64,000 bases of DNA from Octopus sinensis. Lineage: Eukaryota. Below the pieces are notes generated by a model. That model did no database searches and was not told the DNA's origin. It was given only the letters and a program-made list of their open reading frames with translations. The position numbers were made by a program, and so were the translations under genes. Shown in pieces: positions 13,633 to 25,700 of the stretch; position 1 is the stretch's first letter, and each line of letters starts with the position of its first letter. Location of the stretch: NCBI RefSeq assembly GCF_006345805.1, contig NC_043015.1, forward strand, positions 13,702,001 through 13,766,000. Reading direction: 5' to 3'.

Positions 13633-13650
13633 GTTGCCATTGACAGCAAC
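13633..13650. promoter_or_regulatory. Candidate RFX X-box-like site upstream of the CIB ATG
   Basis: GTTGCC-ATTGAC-AGCAAC about 70-85 bp before the ATG; both half-sites good, spacer longer than consensus. A second similar site CTTGCC-ACTT-AGCAAC lies at ~13336-13351. Confidence 0.4.
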
Positions 13651-13718
13651 TTTATAATCCAAGTTTTGTTGTTTCTTTTCTGAACAGTCCTCGTTCTAAT
13701 TCTTAAATCACAGCAAAT

Positions 13719-13769
13719 ATGGGTAACAAACAAACCGCTCTGAATCATGATGATCTGGAAGCTTATCAG
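13719..13769 (+). CDS. CIB1: CIB exon 1 ([17 protein letters not shown])
   Basis: ATG in aaatATGG context; 51 nt; donor CAG|gtataa, phase 0. Confidence 0.92.
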
Positions 13770-16700
13770 GTATAAATTTATATATATATAAATACATCCA
13801 ACTAATTCTGAAATCCTTATTATACGTCAGCTGCGAACACAGTGACATAATTTACGGAAATGATTCTACTTAAAAGTCGTTTTAAGCCGCAATTTCATGT
13901 GTCAAACAAGATATTTTTACATTAATTTCGATGAGTTCATATTATATTATATATAGTTTACACTTCAGCGACTGTTTTCATGTTTATGATATTACCCATG
14001 ATAGTATTTTCTCTAAATTAAGGTATGAATAATGTCAGGACGATGAGACATTCCGGAAATTAATTTCAGCTTGTCATTTTAAGCTAAAGAAATATAAATA
14101 AATCATGTACGGAAGTGATTCTTCTTTTAATTGCGTATGAAATACTGTTGATTTATTATTAACCTTTCCTGCTAATATTTTTATTGTTTACTGAGGTCGC
14201 TGTCGTATTCTGTTTAGCAATCATCATTGTAATTTTTCTGTTCTGTTTTTGAGTTTGTTGGTCAGTTCTAATCGAGCAGTCCCATAACATGCAGGTAGTC
14301 GACCGAACCACTATGGTTGTCTCAATGTTTATGTATATATTTTTGGACCACCACCTTCACGCCAAATTGACGGAACGATTTTTTTTATAAACATACGTAT
14401 GGACGTGTATTTGAATGTTCACAAATACACGTCCATGCGTATGTTTATAAAAAAAGAAATCGTTTCCCTCAATTTGGTGTATGTGATCGCGGTGGTGGTG
14501 GTGGTCATTTGTGCAGATTTGGTGTGATTTCTTTTTTAAAAACAATAATGAATAATGCAAGAATATATTTATTTATAAAGTTTAAACAGAACATGGAATG
14601 AAATGTATTTATTTATAAATTTTAAACTGAACTTCAATTGTTTTATAAACCTAACAGCGTGGTAAATAAACGGCGTAAATTAACGAAGGTATAAACCTGA
14701 CGTAAATACACGAAGTTGACTACTTTCACTTCTGACAACTAAAGGCATGACAGTGCCATTTATATTTATATTTATCTTCTGGGCATACATATATACAGAT
14801 ACACCTACTCAAACTTGTATATGCTGCGATTGACTAAGGTAGAAAGAAAGAGTTATGGTGAGGAGGATTTCGAGTTGGAACGATCGCATGTTTGTTTATT
14901 TTCGCACATCTTCCTCTTTTTACCATTCCACCCCGTCCTTTGCTCAGATTTCTGCACTGCTCGGGTCCTCGGCTTCCCCAATCCAGTGGTCATCGCCTCA
15001 TCAGTATTGCAACCCCACCCCCACCCATTTTCGAGATGTCAATCAATTTTTCGCCCCCACCCTAGGGGGCGCCGACATCCTCCTGTTCGAACGGTGCTTT
15101 CCACACTTCATTCATACAGGAAGCTACCTGCAGCACATGTGCCACCACCACTAATAGACGGAAGAGAGGCATGAACTGTTCAGGATATGGCTGTTTAAAT
15201 CATCTCTCTTGTATCAGCCTGACATGACAGGCCTTAAATGTGCACTCAGTGTGGAGATGCAGCAGCTGCCTCAGCCATGCGGCAGCGACTATCCACCACA
15301 TCCTCAGATCAGACTGCATGCCCACCTGATGTCTAACCCTCACTGGTCAACATCACCCGGCTTGGGAGGCTTCATTAGATCCCTCTTAAGGTCCTGAAAA
15401 CAGCCTAGATGCTACTGGCTGATACCCTTTCATCCTTAATTGACAAAGCCCTAGAATCTGGTTGACCTAGTGATTGGGATTGGCCGTTTTATTTTGCTCT
15501 GCTTTCTCTTGGTCTCCCCAACACTGTCACCAATTGAGGCAGCCTGTCAACAATGGCCTTATTCAGGGCCAACATCTTGTCCTTTTGGAAGGCGCCCATA
15601 TGCTGCACTCTGTTCATTCATGCACCTGCAGGCCTCCACCCCCAACACTGGCTCAAAGTGTTTACACGATTGTGTAAACTCCAAACTTATCGAAGGTAAT
15701 GTCTCAGCTGTTGTCAGAGTAGTCACCTCTGATGACACCATCCTCTAGCCTACTGAAGAGGTCCTGGCTACCCTCCAACTGAAACGTCCTGGTCACCTGC
15801 AGACCTCAAACCCATACCCTCACCTGACTTTCAGGCACCTTATGTGACCTCCAAGAAAGATATCCTCGCTACTCTGAGGTCTCTCCCTGCCAGTAACAGC
15901 AGAGGTTTTGACAGTCTCTGACCCAGCCACCTCAAAGATTTGCTGTCCCCACTTACTGCTAAAGCCAAGCACCACCTGCTGAGCACAATTACAACTCTAA
16001 TTAACAGATTCATTCATAGTGACTCTTATCCTTGAGGCCTCTTCTTTTCAGCCCTCCTAATTGCTTTCAGGAAGGAGGACAAGGGAAGGTACGAGGGAGT
16101 CACTCATACTACTTCAATAACTGTCCTGACCCAACATCAAGTGCTTTCAAGCACCTCATTGTCAATGCTTTCAACTGTCTGCATCGTGACCACTTGCTCA
16201 AGGCCTGTCTCAGCCATGCTCCATCTGCCTACCTACGGGCTTACCTGTCATAGAGGGCCCAGAGCATGCTCCTCACCTCAAATACATTCATACCATCTTT
16301 GAATCATGCTCAACATGGTGTTCCTTTAATTTTGAGGGTGGACAGCACTGCTTGGAGCATCGCAGCTCCTTTCAACATCTGATACCTGGATGATGTGATG
16401 ATAGGTGGGCCAGCAGAGAAGTGTCTTCCACAATCTCTGATCAGTGGTTCTCACTCTAACAAGAATTGGCCTTGAAATAAACTATTCCAAGTTGGAGGTC
16501 ATGAACTTCAACTATGATGTAGAGGGCTTTGCATCCTCTGTCTCAAATATATATTCACTGCTTTACCAGGTACAGGTGACCTTGAAAGAGAACATCCTTA
16601 TACTCAGTTCAGCAATTCTGAGCTTTACCAGCTTGAAAGATTGATTAACAGACTGAATGTTAAGGAACTGCTTTGCCATGCCAAAATATTGTAAACCTTC

Positions 16701-19700
16701 CAGTGCCCCTTGCTACAGCCACATATCCTCTCAGATCTCAACGTCTGTATCTAACAGTTCACTGAAGAGATATGCAACATTCAGTATGACAACCCTGGAT
16801 GGCAACAGGCTACCATACCCACCATATATAGTGGCTTCAGCCTTCGACCTCCAGTCTCACTGGCCCTATCAGGCTTTCTCTCATTGGAGGCTTCTTGCCA
16901 TATCCTTATCAACAGGGTTCTCCACAACACAACTAAACCTACTGTGATCATGGAGCATGAGCTGGCCTATGCACCATGGAACCAGTTCAGCCTGTGCCTT
17001 GCTGGCGTCCATATCCCCTTCCCCTCTGTGGCCATTCAGTCCTCTCAAAAGAAATGGAACATCAACTAATGTAGCATGACCTCCAAGAAGTTAGAGCACT
17101 GACTTGACCAACACCATCTGGCATGTTTCCACTCAGACTCCAAGCCTCACAGTGAAGTATGGCTTAGTGCTTGACCTCCAGTTCTGTGAGCCTCACAGAT
17201 GCCACTGTGGATCCACTGTGAATTCTTCCAGCTTTCACCCATTCTCATGCCACCTTCCACACCATGCTATCCTTAACAAAATCATAAAGTATGACCTAGA
17301 TACTACAGGTGTCCCTGCCAAGCTCAAGTCAGCAGGACTAGACCAAGGGGATGGTAAATGGCCTGACAGTATGAGAATTTTCCTATTTTGTGACAGTTGG
17401 TCCCTCATCTAGAATGCCACATTCAGTGACACCTTCTCAAGCAGCAACTTGGTGTGTTCAGCTACTAACCCAGGCTTTGCTACTCATCAGGCTGAATTAC
17501 AGGAAATCAAGAGAATATAGGAATTTCATAGCTTACTACATGAACAATAAACTTATGCAATCTAAAAAAAAGAAGACGAAAAACAATTACTTCAAGGCTT
17601 TTTTGATATTCAATGAAAATACACGTTTCCATTGATGAAATGCAGGAATATTAAAATATATCCTTATGAGACAAGGAACTTTGAAGGACAACTATTACAG
17701 AACTTTGGCCACTCCTCTTCCCAAGCTGTCAAAAGACTATCACAGACTTAACATCATAGTGAAACCAATACATACAGATATGGGTGCATATATCTATTTA
17801 CTCATATGATTAAATCCATTTAAAGCAATAACCACCCAATGCTTTTTTTTTTTTTTTGATATCTGATTACATGATGCAACATGTTTTAACCGTATTAAAA
17901 ACGTATTCAGGTAATTTCAGAATACTAGGTGTTGACGAAGTTGCTCTGTATTTCCTTTGTAAACAAATGGACAGATTATGATTTTGGTAACACAAACTAC
18001 TTTTAGTAGCTTCTTAAGTATCTTGAAAAACTGAAAATTTATCTTTAATTCTCACTGTGCATATTGCACACACAAAAATACCACCAATAAAATTCCCAGA
18101 AATCGGTAGAAACATTGATTATAACTTTTACAAGATATAGGTACAGCCAAAAGAAAAAAGATATTATTAGTGTTTCTGACAAATAACATTTACTAAACTA
18201 TGTGAGTAAATATTTTCAATAAAGTATTATATTACTAAAAAAAATGAGATGACAAAGGAATAAATTATTATCTTATGAACTTCATTAGCTTACAGCTGTT
18301 TCTGCTATGAGATGCAGTGGACTCATAGCTTAGTGCCTTATAGCTTCATCGGTGCCTCATGCAATCAGCTATGAGCCCATTGCATCTTGTTTCCAAAACA
18401 GTTGTAAGCTAATGAAGCTTGTGAGATAATCATTTATTCCTTCGTCATCTCATTTTCTTATCACTCTGTACTCGACTGATACTTCATTCTGAAGCATAAG
18501 TATATTGAGTTCTGTACCTGGTTATCAGTCTTGCAATGCCTAAGCAAAATATTAAAATGAATTACATAATTAAACAAAGATGAGATATTGTTACAGTGAA
18601 GAAATGTCCTCTGCAAAGAAAACCATGAAAAAACACATGACTAATCAGCATTTACAGTAATTTCCTCTTTGTGAGATTACGTAAGATATTTAGTCCATTT
18701 CAGATTAGAATTGAAGAAAATCATCAATGCCAATAAGGCAGTCTTTTGAAATATCCCCAAAAATTGTTGAGGAATTACTTGAAATGAAATATATTATTAG
18801 GTGTTTGAGCTGGTAGAATCATTAGAGTGTTAGAAAATTTCTTGGCAATATTTCTTTCAGCTCTTGATGTTCTGAGTTCAAAATTCCACTGAGGTCAACT
18901 TTGCCTTTCATCCTTTTGGAAGGCAATAAAATAAGTACCAGTTGAGCACTGAAGATGTAATCCACTTTTCCTTTCCATTCAAAATGACTGACCTAATGCC
19001 AAAATGAGGGAAAATGATTATAGTAGGCAGAAATGATAGAGCACTTCTCTGCATGTTCAGTAATCTCATTTAATTTCAGTCTACCATTTTTGTAATTGTT
19101 TTTTTTTTTATCTTTAGTTTAAAGCTTATGATCCAATATGGCTTGTTCCAAAACAATTGTTAATGGAAATTGATTATATTCCAATGTTTTAGAATTGAGA
19201 AGTACATTTTTCATTGCTGAGAATTTGACAGGGTTGAATTAGCTCTGGAACATTACAAAATATGTAAAATTTGTAAGTCATCATTTGCATTGTAGTTGAC
19301 AGAATATTGAAATAATCTAGACACAAACATTAGAGAAGATACTAGAGGATATTAAATGCCAAATATATACTCTCTTGTGAAGATGCATGGCTTAGTGCTT
19401 AGAGCATCAGGCTTACTCACAATCATGAGGTTGTGAGTTTGATTCCCAGACTGGGCTGTGTGTTGTGTTCTTCAGCAAGACACTTTATTTCATCTTGCCC
19501 CAGTTCACTCAGCTGTAAAAATGAGTTGCAACATCACTGGTGCCAAGCTATATCAACTTTCACCTTTCCCTTGGTATGTATAAACAACCTTGCCCAGACT
19601 TGTGTCTCAGAGGGGAACTTTCTAGGTGCATCCCATGTTCATTCATGACCAAAGGGGATCTTTACTCTATTGCTCGCTTAATAAATTTGATGGATGTATG

Positions 19701-22700
19701 TAGCGGAGTAACCTAATTGTTAGTTATTTACGCTTTTAAGTCAATTCTACATATCTTTACAGTTGATGTCATAAAAATTTAGAAATGTCGAGAATATGAA
19801 ATAATTCTAATCGAAATCGATCAACATCAATGGAAATTGTAGCTGTAATACCAGTGCCAATGGCACATAAGAGAACCATCCGAACATGGCCATTGCCAGC
19901 GCCGCCCCGACTGGCCTCCGTGCCGGTGGCACGTAAAATGCACTATCCGATTGTGGCCGTTGCCAGCCTCGTTTGGCACCTGTGCAGGTGGCACGTAAAA
20001 AGCACCCACTACACTCACGGAGTGGTTGGCATTAGGAAGGGCATCCAGCCGTAGAAACACTGCCAGATCAGACTGGGCCTGGTGCAACCTTCTGGCTTCC
20101 CAGACCCCAGTTGAACCGTCCAACCCATGCTAGCATGGAAAACGGACGTTAAACGATGATGATGATGATAATGATGATGATGGAACAGTGAAACTCAAAG
20201 CCACCTTCAACTTTTACTATCCAAAAGGTTTTTTGACCCAATAATTACACACTTTTGTTTGCAGCTTTACCTGCTTTGAGTTTCACCATTCCATAAAAGA
20301 ATTATCATCATAGTTATTTTATTGAAATGATGAAGAGAGTATCAACTAATGTCTGGAAAACAAATAGTTCTACAAAATTCTCCAAGTAAAGAAAATCTTA
20401 GTAACATTTGACATCATTTTTCAACAGCATGATAAATTGAATTATATTTCCTTTACTGAAAAGAGGCTGATGACCTGCAAACTATTAGGTCACTGTCACC
20501 ATTTATCCTCAAGTTAATAAGCACCACAAGTGGTTTTTTTTTTTTTGCTTTTTTACTTTATATTTATACACAAAGTATAAACATTAATGTGTGTGTGCAC
20601 GTGTCTATTAAAAGAAAAATGTGTTAATTACAACAAAAAAGAACAACAAAGAAACAAAATTATATTCTTAAAACAAAGATTTATATTTATTAATTCTTGA
20701 AAATGCTTTTTATTGTAATTATTCTAGTGACTTCAATTTTGAATTCCGCATATGTGTAACTGATAAATTTTCTTTCAAAAACAATGTTTAATATGAATTG
20801 TTGAATTAATGCTTGTTTACCTCATCTTCTAGGAACTAACATTTTTCACACGACAAGATATTTTAAAGTAAGTAACCATTATTTGTTTCAAAAGCATCAA
20901 ATTGTATTATTACTTTTCATTTTGGTTTTAGAACAAAATAACTAATTAGGTTTGTATAATTTATAGTAGTTTAGATTATATTAGTTGAACTATATTTAAA
21001 ATATTTGTTGGTCTATATACTTCAAATACTCTTTGGAATCATGATCATCATCCTTTAATGTTTGTTTTTCATGCTAGCATGGGCTAGACAGTTTGATCAG
21101 AGCTTGCAAGCCAGAGAGCTGCACCAGATTCCAGTGTAATAATACTTAAGAAACCAAAACGAATTATATATCATGCACCTTAACAGTTGAAATTATATAT
21201 TTAAATAGTATTAATTTTTTTTTAATTAGATACTGAGACAACCTTTATAGAGTTAAGTGACCACAAGCAGGATTCTACCTAAGAACACAGAACTGAGTTT
21301 AACTTTTAAGCATTTAAACTTACATTTGAAGAAGTTTATTCCCTGTACATTCTTAGTGTTTATTGTACCAGCACATCTACCACACACAAAGACTACTTTC
21401 TCTGTTAACTTTCCTCTTATATGTCCACAGCTTGCACGGGATACACCAGGTGGAGTTTCTGCAACACCTTTCATTCCTACATATCAAACAGAGCTATCTC
21501 CCTGAAGGAATTTGAGATTTGTCTGTTTTCCTGTTTATTAGGACTTTGGTCTTTGCTAAATTAACTCTAAAACCCTTAAATTCGAGACCTTGATTCCACA
21601 CCTGACATTTCCTCCCTAGTTCAGGTATTGATTCAGCTATAAGAACAAGGTCAACAGTGTAGAGGAGATCCCAAGGGCAGCCAGTCTTAAATTCCCCTGT
21701 TATGGCCTGGAGGACTATGATGAGCAAGAAGGGGCTGAAAATTAATCCTTGGTGAACTCCTACTTGTACCCTGAATTCTTTGCTATACTCAGTGCTGACC
21801 TTCACCTTACTGATAAGCATCCTTGTGCATGGCTTGTACTGCTTTCACCAAACATTTATCTATCTCTAGCTTCCACATTGACCACCAGATGAGAAAATGG
21901 GTGACTCTGTCAAAGGTTTTCCCCAGGTCTACAAAAGCTAAGTACAGAAGCTTGGCTTAATGCTTCTTCTGCAGTCGCCTTACCATGAAGATAGCTTTAG
22001 TAGTGCTTCTTCTTGGTACAAACATGAACTGCATCTCTTCTAGGCTAACTCTCTTCCTAATTAGTTGAGCTATAATCCTCTCTTTAGTATTCATGACCTG
22101 GTCCAGCAATTTGATGCTTCTGTGTACATGCAAGGAGTGTGTGTGTGTGTGTACGCAATGATACTTTGGCCCATGCAAAAACTGAAGGTGCTGCTTAAAG
22201 ATAATTGCAACCTCTTCTATTGGTGATTAAAGCTACTGCAATATTGGGAACCTTCTGTATCTTCAGCATGAATCTCAAAATCTTGTGTGTGCATGTGTGT
22301 GTGTCTTTCTGTCTTTCTGCATGTGTGTGTATGGATATTTACAGAAAGTGAGAATACCTGTTCTGCTATTTTCTCTGGTTATTTTTATCACTGCTATTTT
22401 CTCATAATTTAGATAAGAACAGTTTGTCAATTTCTTAACTATTTTAGTTGGTACTATATTTGTTGACTTCATTCATCATTGTCTCTTAATTGATTGCAGC
22501 AAACTAATCTTAATTATCAACTTTAGTTAGTAAGGTAACTTAGTTTATTATATTACAATCAGTTTTTGTGGCAGCAAGCGTATAGGATTGTTACCACGCT
22601 GGACGAAATGCTTATCTGTATTTTATCTGGCTCTTTACTTTCTCAGTTCAAATGCAACAGAGGTTAACTTTGCCTTTCATCCATTCAGGGTTGATAAAAT

Positions 22701-25700
22701 AAGTTCTAGCTGAGCACTGAGGTCAATGTAATTGACTTCCCCTCCCTCAAAATTGGCGGCCTTGTGCTAAAATTAGTAAAAATTCTATTTTCAATCCTTG
22801 TTGTAAATATTCATAAGCTGTAACAGCATATGTTCTATGCTAATAAATATTAGCTCAATCACATTAACTATATATTGTTCTGTACTAAATTTTCCTAATA
22901 TTTTATATGTAGTAGGCAGCTCCAAGTACATTGCAGATGTATTTCCTTTAAAATATTTTTCATGGCATTTTCAATTAACTTTGATATCTAATTATCAGCT
23001 AATAATAAAACAAAGAAACCTTGATCTAATTTTCTTTGTTCTAATGCAGAAATACAGACTGTCTTGATGAACTAAGCTACAACACTTCTGAAGCCTTCTG
23101 TTCTAATTTTCTTAGTTCTAATGTAGAAATACAAACTGTCTTAATGAACCAAGCTGCAACTCTTCTAAAGCTTTCTGTTAAGATTCTTGACAGGTTGAGA
23201 TGATAATTTTGCCCACCACCATTATCTAATATTCTACTGAGGTCACTTAGTATAAAAATATGCTGACTTTTACTGCATGTATTAACCGTATTTATACTTT
23301 CCTGTTTTTCCATACCAGAAGCACTCTTTACATGCTTTGAGAAAAAACACGACCACAGATGTTCTTATTTTTTCCCCTAAATATGCAAATTAACTTTGAG
23401 AGCTAAATATTTAATTTCTTGATATTATCTCCTCCATTCTTTGGGAGTTACTAATAATTGCTGTTAGGTGATTGTTTCTTTCTCCAACTAGAAGAATATG
23501 TCAATTAATTAGGAATTTTTTACATGCAGGTTTCAGTATGTCACCTTGAAGTTAATTATCCAAATTCTTGTTGTTAACCGATTTCAGTTATTTCCTTTAG
23601 CTCATTATTTGTCATTGTCAGTCATTGGACTGTGGCCATGCTGGGACACTACCTTGAAGGGTTTTAGTCAAATAAATCAACCCCATTTGTCAAGTGGTGG
23701 TGGGGAAACAGACACATACACTGACATATATTTTTTTTGTCTGTTTCAGTCATTAGACTCTGGCCATGTTGGGGCACCACTTTGAAGAACTTTTAGTCAA
23801 ATGAATCAACCCCAGTACTTATTTGTCTTTTTAAGACTGGTACTTATTCTATCTGTCTCTTTTTGCCAAACCACCAAGTTACAGGGACATAAACAAACCA
23901 ATGTTAGTTATCAAAAAGTGATGGGGACAAACACAGACACAATGATGCACACACACGCACATAAACACACACACACACAATGGGTTCTTTCAGTTTCTGC
24001 CTTCCAAGTCCACTCACAAGGTTTTGACCTGGCTATAGTAGAAGATGCTTGCTCAAGGTGCCATGCAGTGGAACTAAACCCAGAAACTTGTGGTTTGGAA
24101 GCAAGCTTCTTACCACACAGCCATACCTGCATTTATACACACACACACACACAGGCCTCCACCTAGTTGCCATGTACCAAATTCACTTATAAGGCATTAG
24201 TCAGCCCAATGTAGTAGACATTTGTATAAGGTGTTGCACAGTGGAGTTGAACTTGGTTCAAGACACTGGACTACTCATCTGGCAGTCATGAAATTGACAT
24301 TGTTTTCTTGAACCGACTAATCAAATTATTTCAGTGTCAATCAACTTAGCTAAAAGCAGTTACTTCTCTCCTGTTATATGGAATCTGCATGTATGCCAAC
24401 AATGAATGATAGCATAAAAACTCTAAAACTATGGCATATATGAGTTAGAACACATGTTCATATCAATCAATTTCAAACCTTGTCATGTACCCTATTGTTT
24501 TGGATGTAAAAACAATTTTCAATCCTTTAACCTCTGATAGAGGTCATAGCAGGAAATAAAGTGCGTAATGACAAATATATAAACTTGCTATGTTGAACTT
24601 CCTCTGTTTTTTTCTTATTGTTTCCACTGAAACTAATTTATTTACTCAGCTACTTCAACTTTACTCTACCTTTTCTTCCTCTATTCAACAATGAATACCC
24701 CATACACTCAAATAATTCCATACCCCTTATTGTCAAGCATATCCCAGATTTTGAAAAACCTTGCTTTAAAGATGTTTACGATTGAATAACGCTTTCCATT
24801 GCAGTGTGTATGACTGTTATAAGATGCTTGCTGAAGGTAGAGATGTAGACAGAAATACCAGACTTGATCAAGAAGTAATATGTCGGCTGCCAGAGTTAAA
24901 GGTATGTACTGTATGAAAAAAGTGCTCCGGGCTCTAACAAAAGAAAGTTAAGAAAAAAATATGAAAAGTGATTGTCACAGATGAGATGATAAAGCATTGT
25001 CACAAATTAAAGTCAAGTTCCTGGTTAACAGAATCCACAACTTGGTCTCGATTCCAGTTGTAACTATTTTATTTCATTTACATTACAGGGTAGTTTCAAA
25101 AGAAATAAAAAAAGAGTGAGAGAGAACAAAACAAAACTATTTTCCTTTCAGTATAAATCTAAGACTTCATGCCTTCGTAGAATATCAATAACCAGGCGAA
25201 ATGACTGAGACAATAGAGTGGTGGACTAAATGATTTGCAGCATTTAAGTCACTCTAGGTTCTAAGCTTTGCCTTTCAGTATTCTGTGGTCAATAAAGTAT
25301 GTATTTGTTAATTCAGTTGACGATAATCTCTCCCTGCAATAAAAATTATATTGATTTAGTGTGTAATGTATTTTCCAGCATACAAGTTGACATAGTATAT
25401 ACTGTAAATATTCAAACATCATTGTTATCTTTCCAAATCATGCTGCATTTTTGGTCCCCTAAAGTTGTCTTGATGTATAAGATGAACCACCTTTTTGATC
25501 TGAAAATTTTAATTTGTATGCCAGAAAATATGCTAATAATGGGGCTGATTCTTATTTTTCCTGTATGTGTAAGTTACACAAATTCTCATTTATTATTCCG
25601 GTGATAATGTACAGAAGTACATCATACCAGTTGAGACTTGTTAAGTTTAACCTTCCAGTCACCTTATCTTATACTAGTGAAGAATGAATGTCATGGATAA

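Noticed and set aside
13719-13769. Assigning the CIB gene to CIB2/CIB3 because it starts MGNKQT
   Set aside because: The rest of the protein, the extra intron before IMEEAD (7 exons) and the FAM166C neighbour fit the CIB1/CIB4 group better; a tree is needed to settle it
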